From an uncultured delta proteobacterium (GTDB lineage Bacteria; Myxococcota_A; UBA9160; SZUA-336), in contig CAVPHD010000005.1 in NCBI GenBank assembly GCA_963704165.1, positions 160,001-224,000 on the forward strand: DNA of 64,000 nucleotides. Reading direction: 5' to 3'. Shown piece by piece: positions 19,774 to 29,562 of the stretch; the stretch's first letter is position 1; the number at the start of each line of letters is the position of its first letter. The notes under the pieces were generated by a model. The model had not been told where the DNA came from, did no database searches, and worked only from the letters and a program-made list of their open reading frames with translations. The position numbers were made by a program, and so were the translations under genes.

Positions 19774-20488
19774 ATGGCAGGCGTCAAGCTCGACCACGTC
19801 GCGATCGGCCTCCCCACCGCCGGGCTCGCGAAGCCGTTTTTCGAGGACGTGCTCGGCGGCGCTCCGGCGGGTGGGCATTCGGGTGTTCCGTTCGGCTTCA
19901 CGCAGTGGGCGTTCGCGGGTGGCGGAAAGATCGAGGTGATCTACCCGATGGGTCCGCCCGACGGGTTCCTGCACCGCTTCCTCGCGCACGGCGGCCCGCG
20001 CATCCACCACGTGACGTTCAAGGTGCCGAGCCTCGACGAGATCTGCGCGCGCGCGACCGAGCTGGGCTACACCGTCGTGGGTACGGACCGCTCCGACCCG
20101 CACTGGCAGGAGGCGTTCCTGCACCCGAAGCAGGCCCAGGGCATCGTCGTGCAGCTCGTCGAGTCGAAGCCGCGGCCGGGCTGGGACGACGGACCCGCTC
20201 CGAAGCCGCGCGCGGACGCTGCGCGCGTTCGCGGTCTGCGTCTTTCCGCGAAGTCGGCAGACGCTTCGCGAAGGCAGTGGAGCGAGCTGCTCGGCGCAGA
20301 GTGCTCGCGCTCCGGGGAGTCGCTCCGGTTTCGCTGGGCCGACTCGCCGCTCGCGATCTCTCGTCGATGTCGATTCGCGACGCGACGAGGGACCGCTGCA
20401 GATCGAGCTCGACGCCGCGCGGGATCTCGCCTTGCCCGAGGGCCGTCACCCGGAGCTCGGCACGCGCTTCGTGCAGGTGCCCGGGTGA
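19774..20488 (+). CDS. VOC family protein (methylmalonyl-CoA epimerase/glyoxalase-like), frameshift near 20360
   Basis: LDHVAIG, KIEVI, IHHVTF, EAFLHPKQAQGIVVQL; the shifted frame ends ELGTRFVQVPG-TGA at 20488, overlapping the next GTG. Confidence 0.75.
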
Positions 20489-21249
20489 CGCGAAGGGGAA
20501 TCGTCCTTCACCAGTTTCCCTACTCGCACTATGCCGAGAAGGCCCGTTGGGCACTCGACTGGAAGCGAATCCCCCACGAGCGCGTCGACTACCTGCCCGG
20601 TCCGCACGTCCCGCAGATGCTTCGGCTTTCGGGTCAGCAGGAGGTGCCGGTTCTGCAGATCGGCGAACGCGTGATCGCGGGCTCGGCCGCGATCATCGAC
20701 GAGCTCGAGAAGCTCTTTCCCGAGCCCGCGCTCTACCCGGCCGATCCGGAGCAACGCGAGCGCGCGCTCGCGCTCCAGCGGCACTTCGACGTCGAGCTGG
20801 GGCCGCGCATCCGCCGTGCGCTCTTCTCGGTGCTGATCCGCGAGCCGGCCTACATGTGCCGGATCTTCGCCGGGCGTCGCAGCGCGCCGGTGCGCGCCGC
20901 GTACCGCGCGCTCTTTCCAGCGACGAAGCAGGTGATGGGACGCAGCATGGCGCTCTTCGACGCGCGCGCGATCGAGGATTCGTTCCGTGGCACGCGCGAG
21001 GCGCTCGACCGGGTCGCGAAGGAGGTCGCGGGGAGCGGGCAGCTCGTCGGCGATCGCTTCGGCATCGCGGATCTGACGGCCGCCGCGTTCTTCGCGCTGC
21101 TCCTGAAACCCGATCACCCCGACATGGCGCGACCCGAGCCAGTGCCGGAGCGCGTACGAGAGCTGATGTCGGGCTTCGCGCCGCACGCCGGCATGCACTG
21201 GGCTCTCGAGCAGTACCGACTTCACCGCCCGATTCGCACGGGCGGCTGA
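20485..21249 (+). CDS. Glutathione S-transferase family protein
   Basis: VLHQFPYSHYAEKARWALDWK, VPVL, GSAAII, FGIADL; GTGA overlap with the VOC gene. Confidence 0.85.
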   Translation: MTRRGIVLHQFPYSHYAEKARWALDWKRIPHERVDYLPGPHVPQMLRLSGQQEVPVLQIGERVIAGSAAIIDELEKLFPEPALYPADPEQRERALALQRHFDVELGPRIRRALFSVLIREPAYMCRIFAGRRSAPVRAAYRALFPATKQVMGRSMALFDARAIEDSFRGTREALDRVAKEVAGSGQLVGDRFGIADLTAAAFFALLLKPDHPDMARPEPVPERVRELMSGFAPHAGMHWALEQYRLHRPIRTGG

Positions 21250-21252
21250 CGT

Positions 21253-22017
21253 TCAGAACTTCGGCTCGCGCTTGTTCAGGAACGCCTGGGTTCCCTCGAC
21301 CATCTCCGCGGAACCGCAGAGTTCGCTGAAGATCTGCGCTTCCCGTTCCAGACCTTCGGCGAGCGGGAGATCGAGACCCTCGCCGATCGCGCGAAGCGAC
21401 GCCGCGAGCGCGCGCGGTCCGTTCGCAAGGCACGCCACCAACCACTGTTTCGCGCGCGCGAGCAATTGGTCCGGCTCGGCGAGCTCGTTCACGAGTCCGA
21501 TCGCGAGCGCGCGCTCCGCGGAGATGTGTCCCCCGTGAAGGATCAGCTCGGTCGCGACGCCGCGTCCGACCAGGCGTGTGAGCCGCTGCGTGCCGCCGAA
21601 GCCCGGCAGGATGCCGAGCTTCACCTCGGGCTGGCCGAACTTCGCCTTGGTCGAGGCGACCCGCAGATGACACGCGAGGGCGAGCTCCGTTCCGCCACCG
21701 AGCGCGAAGCCGTTCACCGCTGCGACGACCGGCTTCGAGAGTCCTTCGATGCGCGAGAAGACGGCCTGTCCGCGCCGAGCGAACTCGAGACCCGAACGCG
21801 CGTCGAGGCGAGCGATCTCGTCGATCGCCGCGCCGGCGACGAACGCGCGCCCGGCGCCGGTGACGATCGCGGCGCGAATTCCAGCGTCGCTCGCGACGCG
21901 TTCGACCGCGATGTCGAGCTCTCCGAGCAGCTCGCCGGAGAGCGCGTTCAGCGCTTCGGGGCGATTGATCAAGAGCGTCGCGATTCCGTCCTCGACCGAG
22001 ACCTCGACGAGCGCCAT
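21253..22017 (-). CDS. Enoyl-CoA hydratase (crotonase)
   Basis: INRPEALNAL, AFVAGA, KPVVAAVNGFALGGGTEL, FGQPEVKLGILPGFGGTQRL. Confidence 0.93.
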   Translation of the reverse strand: MALVEVSVEDGIATLLINRPEALNALSGELLGELDIAVERVASDAGIRAAIVTGAGRAFVAGAAIDEIARLDARSGLEFARRGQAVFSRIEGLSKPVVAAVNGFALGGGTELALACHLRVASTKAKFGQPEVKLGILPGFGGTQRLTRLVGRGVATELILHGGHISAERALAIGLVNELAEPDQLLARAKQWLVACLANGPRALAASLRAIGEGLDLPLAEGLEREAQIFSELCGSAEMVEGTQAFLNKREPKF

Positions 22018-22022
22018 CGACT

Positions 22023-23795
22023 CTAGACCTCGACGCCGACGAGCGCGCGCAATCGCTCGGGCGATGTCCGATGCAGGAATTCCCCGGCGGGCAGGCGCTC
22101 GGGATTCGACTCCGCGATCGCGCGCAGAAGACCGATCAGAACGGGCACCATCTGCTCCGACGAGATCTTCTCGTACAGCACCTGCGCGACGCGCGTGCCC
22201 TCTCGCGAGCCTCCGACCACGATCATGTGCGCGTTCTTGCCGAACCCGGTGATGCCGATCTCGGCCGACGGGGGCCGCGAGCAGTGATTCGGGCAGCCGG
22301 CCATGCGCAAAACGACGTCGACGTCGCCGAGCCCGGCGGCTTCGATGGCCTCGCACAGCCCGGGAATCGCGCGCTCGGCTTCGGTCATGGCGAGTCCGCA
22401 GGTTGGCAGCGCCGGACAGCCGAACGCCTGCTTCCGGAACATCGAGATCGTCTCGGCCGCCCGCACGCCGTTCGCAGCGAGCGTGGCGTCGACGAGCGCG
22501 CGCTTCGACGCGGGGACGTGCGTGAGGAGCAGGTCCTGATTTCCGGTGATGCGAACGCAGATCTCCGGGATCTCCGCGAGCACCGACGAGATCGCCGAGC
22601 GCATCCGACACGAATCGGTGTCGAGCACACGTCCGCTCTCGACCGGGATGCCGAGGAAGAGCTTTCCGTCGCCCGCTTCCCGGTGCCAGCCGTGCCAGAA
22701 GCGATTCGGCGGCAGCGGCTGCGGATCGGCGTCCTTCAGCTCGAGCCCGAACCGCCCGCGCAGCTCGGACTTCACGTGTTCGACTCCCAGGCGCCGGATC
22801 GTGTGCTTCCAGCGCGCCAGACGGCGGTCCTTGCGTTCGCCGTGGTCGCGTTGGAGCGTCGCGATCGCGCGCGTCGCCGCCACGACCTGATCTCTCGGCA
22901 CGCGGCCGAGGTAGAGAGCGAGCAGTGCGCGCGTCTGCGACTGGCCGTGCGTCGTACCGAGTCCACCGCCGGCGTAGAGGTCGTATTCCTCGGCGACCGC
23001 ACCGCCATCGACCACCGGCAGGAATGCGACGTCGTTGGTCAGAGCGTCGACCGAGTTGTCGTGCGGGTGGGCGATCGCGACCTTGAATTTGCGAGGCAGA
23101 TACTGGCCGCCGTAGATCGGCTCGTCGCTCTGCATCGGCGTTCCGGTCTCGCTCGCGAGATCGGTCAGGAAGATCTGGTAGTACGCCGACGAGCGCGGGG
23201 AGAGCTCCTTCGCGATCCCGTAGGCGAGCTCGCGCGAGCGCAGCGGCAGCTCGGGAATCAGGTCGTCCACGACGGAGCACATCGTGTTGCGGTTCACGTC
23301 GCCGCAGGCCGCGATCGTCGTCATCTCGTAGCCGTTGTTCGGATAGTCCTGATTCAGGAAGCGAACGAGCGGGCCGAGACTTTGCGCGGGAACGTGGTGG
23401 AACTGGATTGCCTGGCGCGTCGTCAACCGGAGGGAGCCATTGGCGAATCGATCGGACGCGTCGCAGAGCGCGCGGAACTGCGCGCCGGTGAGCTCGCCGC
23501 CACCGGGGACACGCATGCGCACCATGAAGATGTAGTCGTGTGTCTTGCGGCCATCGACGCGCGCCTGCTGCTTGTAGATCCCGAAGTGCTTCGAGATCTC
23601 CTTCGCTTCGCCGGAGAGCGTCTCGGCGCGCCCGCCCGAGAGATCGTCGAGCTCGGAGCGGAAGCTGTGCTTCGTCTTTCCAGAGACCCAGAACAGCCCC
23701 TCGCTCTCGAGCTTGAGCCGCTCGTTCTTCGACATCTCGTCGAGCGTCGAGTCGGCGAGCGTGACGACCTTGGGCGGGGAGGTGTCCTTGGGCAT
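22023..23795 (-). CDS. cysI: Siroheme/[4Fe-4S] sulfite reductase hemoprotein (CysI/Sir type)
   Basis: KHFGIYKQ, FMVRMRVPGG, LRLTTRQAIQFH, ACGDVNRN, YLPRKFK, CPALPTCGLAMTEAER, GCPNHCSRP. Confidence 0.85.
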   Translation of the reverse strand: MPKDTSPPKVVTLADSTLDEMSKNERLKLESEGLFWVSGKTKHSFRSELDDLSGGRAETLSGEAKEISKHFGIYKQQARVDGRKTHDYIFMVRMRVPGGGELTGAQFRALCDASDRFANGSLRLTTRQAIQFHHVPAQSLGPLVRFLNQDYPNNGYEMTTIAACGDVNRNTMCSVVDDLIPELPLRSRELAYGIAKELSPRSSAYYQIFLTDLASETGTPMQSDEPIYGGQYLPRKFKVAIAHPHDNSVDALTNDVAFLPVVDGGAVAEEYDLYAGGGLGTTHGQSQTRALLALYLGRVPRDQVVAATRAIATLQRDHGERKDRRLARWKHTIRRLGVEHVKSELRGRFGLELKDADPQPLPPNRFWHGWHREAGDGKLFLGIPVESGRVLDTDSCRMRSAISSVLAEIPEICVRITGNQDLLLTHVPASKRALVDATLAANGVRAAETISMFRKQAFGCPALPTCGLAMTEAERAIPGLCEAIEAAGLGDVDVVLRMAGCPNHCSRPPSAEIGITGFGKNAHMIVVGGSREGTRVAQVLYEKISSEQMVPVLIGLLRAIAESNPERLPAGEFLHRTSPERLRALVGVEV

Positions 23796-23852
23796 GGGCG
23801 CGCAACGGTACCTTGCAGGCCAGCACGAGGCAAAGTCCACGGGCCGATGCTT

Positions 23853-25280
23853 CTAGAACGCGTAGCGGAGCGCGACGAACGATCCGTAGCTCCAGCGGCC
23901 CTGATCGTCGCCCAGGGCGGGACCGGGTTGGAAGGCCGCCACGGCGAATTCGAGCTCGAGCTGCTCCCATTCCTCGAGCGCAAGCACCAGGTCGATCTCG
24001 CGGCCGAGCTTGCGTGAATCGCCGGTCAGCTCGAGCTCGAGCTCCGCGTCCCAGAGCGAATCGGCCGGCTGGTGCAGCCGGAACTCGTGGTAGACGAGAT
24101 CGAGCGAGCTCGAGCGAAGCAGCGAGCAGCCTACGCCCGCAGTCCAGACCTGCAGGTTCGAGAGGTCCGGTTGCAGAAGAAAACCGTACTGACCGAATCG
24201 CTCGACCCCGCCGAAGCCCGCCTCGTTTGCGTGCAGTCCCGTCTGGCGGAAGTGCTCCGACGCGAGCGCGTAGCTGGCGAAGATCCGCGGCTCGATCTCG
24301 AGCGGCGGCAGCCAGCTCGCACCGAGATCGAAGGCCCAGCCGTCCACGTCGCGTCGCTCCACGCTCACGACCTCGCTCCGCGTGTCGGAGATCTGCTCGT
24401 ACTCCGTCCAGTGCTCCCGTCCGCGAAGCGCGGCGGTGTCGATCCAGTAGCCGAGCAGTCCGGCCGAGCCGACGGAAAACACGCCGGTGGCGCGCGCGCC
24501 GAACCAGGTGAGCTTCGAGTCGGGCTCGTCCTCGCGCGCGGTGTCGATCACGCTGCCGACGGCACGCGTCGGCGAGCGGTCGTGTTCGCGCAGCGCGAAG
24601 AGCTGGAAGCCGTGGTCCGGCGCATAGTCCCAGGAGAACTCGGCGATCCCTCGCGACACGCGGTCGTGTTGGGGATCGACGAAGCTGACGTCGGAGCGCT
24701 GCGGCCAGATTTCACGCCCGTAGGCGAGCGCGAGCTCGGTCGTCTCGCGCTCCCAGATCACGCGCACGGCATCGAGCTCCTCGTCCCACCACCAACGGCG
24801 ATCGTCTTCGAAGTCGAGGCGGCCGGCCTCGAGGCTGAAGCCGCTCTCGGCGATGTTCTCGCTCGCGATCCACATTTCACCGCGCTCGACGAACTGGTCC
24901 GAGACCTCGTCACGGCTCTCGGGCAAGAGGTCCTCCTCGAGCGCGACCTGGACCTGCGCGAAGAAGGAGAGCGCCTTTCCGATGCTGTAGAACGCCTCGA
25001 GCTCGAGCGCTTGAGAGAGCAATCGCCGGTCCGGCTCGTCGACCTGCTCGCCCGAGATCCAGCGCCGGAGCTCGAGCAGCTCGAATTCCAGCTCGCCGCC
25101 GAGAACGAGGTCGTGGCCGCGGATCTCGATACTGAATGGCCGCGTCGGACGACGCTTGTCCTCGCGCTCCGTCAGTCGCTGCCGGAGCCCTTCGTCGTCC
25201 TCGTCCTCCTCGGCCGGATCCGACGCGAACGACATCGACGCAGCGCTCCCCACGAGAAGCGCGATCGCGAGCCAGAACAC
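23853..25280 (-). CDS. Outer-membrane beta-barrel, alginate export (AlgE-like) family; start may lie up to 24 nt further upstream
   Basis: Signal peptide, GRLDFEDDRRWWWDEELDAVR, FRQTGLHAN, LSNL, LGREIDL, C-terminal YAF barrel signature. Confidence 0.7.
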   Translation of the reverse strand: MFWLAIALLVGSAASMSFASDPAEEDEDDEGLRQRLTEREDKRRPTRPFSIEIRGHDLVLGGELEFELLELRRWISGEQVDEPDRRLLSQALELEAFYSIGKALSFFAQVQVALEEDLLPESRDEVSDQFVERGEMWIASENIAESGFSLEAGRLDFEDDRRWWWDEELDAVRVIWERETTELALAYGREIWPQRSDVSFVDPQHDRVSRGIAEFSWDYAPDHGFQLFALREHDRSPTRAVGSVIDTAREDEPDSKLTWFGARATGVFSVGSAGLLGYWIDTAALRGREHWTEYEQISDTRSEVVSVERRDVDGWAFDLGASWLPPLEIEPRIFASYALASEHFRQTGLHANEAGFGGVERFGQYGFLLQPDLSNLQVWTAGVGCSLLRSSSLDLVYHEFRLHQPADSLWDAELELELTGDSRKLGREIDLVLALEEWEQLELEFAVAAFQPGPALGDDQGRWSYGSFVALRYAF

Positions 25281-25304
25281 GAGCCTCGCAGCCGCCAGAG
25301 CCAG

Positions 25305-25841
25305 CTACTCCAGGCCTTCGATCGGAGCGAGCAGGTCTTCGAGGAAGAACGCGGACAGGGCCGCGCGTCCCGTCAGGCCCGCCTTCGTGTAGATCGAGCG
25401 AGCTTGCTCGCGGACGGTGCGCTCGCTGACCGCGCGCACCGTCGCGACTTCCTTGTGCGTGAGACCCTTCAGCAGCAAGAGCGCGACCTCGCGCTCCGCC
25501 TCGGTCAGGTTCCAGCGCGAGAACTGGACTTCGATCGCATCGCCCAGACCGTTCAGGAGCGCACGCGACTCGGTGCGCCAACGCTGGCCCTGCACGCGCG
25601 CGAGCTCCAGATCCCGGATCACCCGCAAGTGCTCGTCGCGCTGCCGCTCCGACACGCGGAACAGCAGCGCGACGCCGACGCTCGCGGCGACGACGGGCAC
25701 GATCTCGATCAGCTCGAGGAGAAGCTCGCCGATCGTCAGGTCGGGCTCTTCGATCTTCTCGAGCGCGATGAAGAGCCCGACCCCGCCGATCAGCGCCGCC
25801 AGCGCCCACTTTCTCACTCTGGGTTCGATCAGGTCCGTCAT
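25305..25841 (-). CDS. Membrane-anchored LuxR-type HTH regulator
   Basis: Two TM helices, a coiled coil, then WNLTEAEREVALLLLKGLTHKEVA..R..SERTVREQARSIYTK. Confidence 0.88.
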   Translation of the reverse strand: MTDLIEPRVRKWALAALIGGVGLFIALEKIEEPDLTIGELLLELIEIVPVVAASVGVALLFRVSERQRDEHLRVIRDLELARVQGQRWRTESRALLNGLGDAIEVQFSRWNLTEAEREVALLLLKGLTHKEVATVRAVSERTVREQARSIYTKAGLTGRAALSAFFLEDLLAPIEGLE

Positions 25842-25880
25842 GTTCGGCTCCCAATCCGGTGGCGGCGGCTTCGGACCTGC

Positions 25881-26903
25881 TCAGTCCAGGTCGTCACAGA
25901 CCGCGGCGAAGTTGCACTCGGTCAGCGTAACGACTTCTCCGTCCTCCGGATTGACTTCGAGGAAGAGCCCCACGCCGCGAGCGTAGTACTTTCGCTCGTA
26001 GCCGTCCGGGGAGATCGGCGTGAACTCGCCCGTGACGATGCAGTCGCCGTCCGCGCAGAGCGCCTGGGCGAGTGCCGCGGGAACGAACTCGTCGAGCGCG
26101 GGATCGCTTCCGTACGCGTAGGTCGTCGAGAGCACCTCGGCCGCGTCCTCGGCATCGCCGCGTGCGAGCTCCTGGCGATAGACGTCGCCGACCACCGGCG
26201 TGCCCAGGAACACCAGACCCGGAAGCGCGTCGTCCCGACCCGCCTTCCACGAGCCCTCGACGTCCACGAGCTCCGCCTCGAGCGGGTCGTCGCCGGGAAA
26301 CAGCTCGAAGTTCTTCGAGATCTCGCCGCAGTACGCGACGCTGCCATCGGTCCGCTGCGCGAACCAATCGTCGGTGTCTTCCACTTCCTGGCCATCGCTG
26401 GTGACCACGTCGCGAACGACCACGCAGGTCACGCCTTCGATCTGCTTCGTCTTGGGCAGGACCTCGATCGAGAGCGCCTCGTCGGGCCCTTCGTACGTCC
26501 ACGTGTTCCCGATCGCGAGCGGGAAGTACGGATTGGCATGCTGCAGGTTCGAGAAATCGGTCTCGTAGGTCTCGGGGTCGAAGTCCGGCTCGTAGAGGTC
26601 CTCGCCGAGTGCCGTGCACAGATCTCGCCGTGCGGTGAGCTGTTCCCGACAGAGCGAAGCGGCGTCGCGGCTCTCCTCGCGGGCCTCCGAGGCGCACTCC
26701 GAGCGCTCGCCGGACTCCGCGAGATTCAAGCAGTTCGCCTTGGCGCTGAGATAGTCGTCGACCGTCTCGGCGGTACACGCGGCGAGCTGCACCTTCGCGA
26801 TCTTCTGACAGGTCGTCTCTCTGCCCCGGGCAGACGCGGAGCCGCCGATCAGAAAGCTTGCGGCGAATACGATCGCCAACAGGAGTCGTCGATGGTGCCT
26901 CAT
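25881..26903 (-). CDS. Secreted acidic hypothetical protein with Cys-rich helical N-domain
   Basis: GAGGAG RBS, signal peptide MRHHRRLLLAIVFAASFLIGGSASA, repeated Cys helices, NPYFPL..EDTDDWFAQ..GSWKAG..KYYARGVG. Confidence 0.75.
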   Translation of the reverse strand: MRHHRRLLLAIVFAASFLIGGSASARGRETTCQKIAKVQLAACTAETVDDYLSAKANCLNLAESGERSECASEAREESRDAASLCREQLTARRDLCTALGEDLYEPDFDPETYETDFSNLQHANPYFPLAIGNTWTYEGPDEALSIEVLPKTKQIEGVTCVVVRDVVTSDGQEVEDTDDWFAQRTDGSVAYCGEISKNFELFPGDDPLEAELVDVEGSWKAGRDDALPGLVFLGTPVVGDVYRQELARGDAEDAAEVLSTTYAYGSDPALDEFVPAALAQALCADGDCIVTGEFTPISPDGYERKYYARGVGLFLEVNPEDGEVVTLTECNFAAVCDDLD

Positions 26904-27047
26904 TGCATTCTCCTCACTTTCGCGCCGGTTCCGTGTCACCCCGACTTCGAGGTCCGCGGCCCGGCTTCATGAGGACGAATGCACCCCGCGCGAGGTCGTT
27001 TCCATTGTCGGAATGACGTACGCGGCTTCTCGCGGCCGGAGAGCGCG

Positions 27048-28478
27048 TTAGCGCGGGTCGGTGTCCCACTCGGCGGCATCGGCGACGCGCACGAGCTTCA
27101 TCCAGGGCACACGCCGCTGATCGCCGGCGATGTGGCCGACGAGAAGCAGGAAGTCCGTACCCGAGAGGCGACCGATCTCGAGTTCGAGTTGGGCGAGGCT
27201 CATCTTGCCGCGAGGACAGAGCACGGGGCGCACGCCGTAGGGCAGCGCGAGCTTGCGCCAGGTTTCCTCGGAGCGAGTCGGCGCGACGATCGGTACGCCC
27301 GGCCGTTGGCGCGAGAGCAGCCGCGCCGCGATCCCTCCCCGCGACCACGTGACGATGGCTCGTGCGCTGCACTCGCGCGCGGTGCGCACGGCCGCCTGCG
27401 AGAAGACCACGAGTTCGCGGAGCTCACCCGAGACCCCCTCGATCGGCGTCTCGACCCGACTCGGGTAGGCGTCCTCGGTCGCATCGATGATCCGGCTCAT
27501 CGCGCGGCACGCGCGGACGGGATCGGCGCCGATCGCGGTCTCGTCGGAGAGCATCACGGCATCGGTGCCGTCGAGTACGGCGTTCGCGACGTCGGTGATC
27601 TCGGCGCGCGTCGGCCGCGACGCGGTCACCATCGATTGCAGCATCTGCGTCGCGGTGATCGTCGGCCGACCCGCGCGGATCGCCGCAAGCACGATCCGCT
27701 TCTGCTCGATCGGTACGCGTTCGTAGGGGATCTCGAGCGAGAGATCGCCTCGCGCGATCATCACCGCGTCGGCGCGCGCGAGGATCGCATCGAGGTTCTC
27801 GAGCGCGAGCTTCGTCTCGATCTTCGCGACCAGCGGCGTCGGCCGCCCGAGGCTCTTGAGCACGCGACGCACGGCCGAGAGGTCGTCCTCGGTGCGCACG
27901 TACGAGACGCCGACGAGGTCGATGCCGAGCTCGACGCCGAGCTCGAGATCGCGCAGGTCCTTCTCCGCCAGGATCGGTCGCGCCGACAATCCGCCCGGTG
28001 CGTTCACACCCTTGCCGCTCGTGATCGTACCGCCCACGACGACGCGGCAGTGGATCTCGCTGCCGTCTACGTCGAGAACCTCGAGCTCGACGGCACCGTC
28101 GCCGAGCAGGATCGGCCCGCCCGGCCGCGCCTCCTGCGCGAGGTACTCGTCCGGCACCGGCAGCGTGCGCGCATCGCCCTTCGACAGGCCGCAACCGAGC
28201 GTGACGAGCGCTCCGGTCTCGAGCACGAGCGTGGAGGGCTCGAGCTCTCCGAGCCGGATCTTCGGACCGGACAGGTCCTGCAAAACCGCCACGGGCTTGC
28301 CGGCTGCGAGCGACGCCTCGCGCAGCCTCGATACGGCCTCGCGATGCTCCGCCTCGGTCCCGTGCGCGAAGTTGATCCTCGCGACGTTCATTCCGGCGTC
28401 GATCAGGCCCCGCAGGGTCGCGTTCGAGCGAGAAGCCGGCCCGATGGTGCATACGATCCGAACGGCACGCGTGCGCAT
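27048..28478 (-). CDS. pyk: Pyruvate kinase
   Basis: IVCTIGPAS, ARINFAHG, DLSGPKIR, KGVN, AKIE, MIARGDL, ATQMLQSM, DAVMLS. Confidence 0.95.
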   Translation of the reverse strand: MRTRAVRIVCTIGPASRSNATLRGLIDAGMNVARINFAHGTEAEHREAVSRLREASLAAGKPVAVLQDLSGPKIRLGELEPSTLVLETGALVTLGCGLSKGDARTLPVPDEYLAQEARPGGPILLGDGAVELEVLDVDGSEIHCRVVVGGTITSGKGVNAPGGLSARPILAEKDLRDLELGVELGIDLVGVSYVRTEDDLSAVRRVLKSLGRPTPLVAKIETKLALENLDAILARADAVMIARGDLSLEIPYERVPIEQKRIVLAAIRAGRPTITATQMLQSMVTASRPTRAEITDVANAVLDGTDAVMLSDETAIGADPVRACRAMSRIIDATEDAYPSRVETPIEGVSGELRELVVFSQAAVRTARECSARAIVTWSRGGIAARLLSRQRPGVPIVAPTRSEETWRKLALPYGVRPVLCPRGKMSLAQLELEIGRLSGTDFLLLVGHIAGDQRRVPWMKLVRVADAAEWDTDPR

Positions 28479-28614
28479 CTATTTCCCGCTACGGCACGGC
28501 ATGGGCTTTGCTTGACCATTTGCAGAGCGGCGGCCGCATCTGACTTGATGAGATAACATCTCCGAATCCTTCCGGGCGCGAGCCGTGAAGGGATAGGCAA
28601 TTGGAGGCAGAATC

Positions 28615-29537
28615 GTGACGACCAAGCGTGTGAAGGAAATCCTCTCCTGGTACAGCGCCGACAACGCGGGTACCAAGGCGAACCTGGCACGGATGCTGAA
28701 CCACGGACGGCTCGCGGGCACCGGCAAGATGGTGATCCTGCCCGTGGATCAGGGCTTCGAGCACGGCCCCGCGCGAAGCTTCGCGCCCAACTCCGCGGGC
28801 TACGACCCGCGTTACCACTTCGAGCTCGCGATCGACGCCGGCTGCAACGCCTACGCGGCGCCCCTCGGATTCCTCGAGGCGGGCGCCGCTGAATTCGCGG
28901 GCGACGTCCCGATGATCCTGAAGCTGAACAACAACGAGTCGCTCGCGAAGGGCGGCGAGCCGATTCCCGGCGATCACGGGGTCGGTGAACGAGGCGCTTC
29001 GCCTCGGCTGTGCGGCGATCGGCTTCACGATCTACCCGGGCTCGGGCGAGGCCAAGACGATGTACCAGCAGATCGCCGAGCTCACCGAGGAAGCCAAAGC
29101 GCTCGGGCCTTGCGGTCGTCGTCTGGTCCTATCCGCGCGGTGCTGGCGTCTCGAAGGAGGGCGAGACCGCGATCGACGTCGTCGCCTACGCGGCGCAGAT
29201 CGCCTGCCAGCTCGGCGCGCACGTCATCAAGGTGAAGCCGCCGACGGCTCACATCGAGCAGGCCGAGGCGAAGAAGGTCTACGAGAAGGAGAAGATCCCC
29301 GTTGGAACGCTCGCCGAGCGCGTGCGCCACGTGGTGCAGAGCGCCTTCGGCGGCCGACGCATCGTGATCTTCTCGGGCGGTCCCGCGAAGGGAAAGAAGG
29401 AAATCCTCGACGAGATCCGCGGCCTCGCCGACGGCGGCGCATTCGGCTCGATCATGGGCCGGAACTCGTTCCAGCGCCCGAAGACCGAGGCGATCGAGCT
29501 CCTGCACGAGGTGATGGACATCTACGCGAACGCTTGA
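28615..29537 (+). CDS. fbaB: Class I fructose-bisphosphate aldolase (DhnA/FbaB type), frameshifts near 28965 and 29100
   Basis: GKMVILPVDQGFEHGPARSF, EALRLGCAAIGFTIYPGS, WSYPRG, LGAHVIKVK, GSIMGRNSFQR, spread over three ORF-track frames. Confidence 0.88.
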
Positions 29538-29562
29538 GGCTTTCCGGCCGTATAATCGGCCG

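Noticed and set aside
19774..21249. Apparent 491-aa VOC-GST fusion in the ORF track
   Set aside because: The linker is out-of-frame nonsense. A one-base shift near 20360 restores a VOC C-terminus ending at TGA 20488, which overlaps the GST GTG.
25281..25307. TAG readthrough (pyrrolysine) joining LuxR to the porin, and likewise kinase to MFS at 1198
   Set aside because: Both upstream proteins are complete at the TAG and the downstream genes have their own N-termini. No pyl evidence was found.
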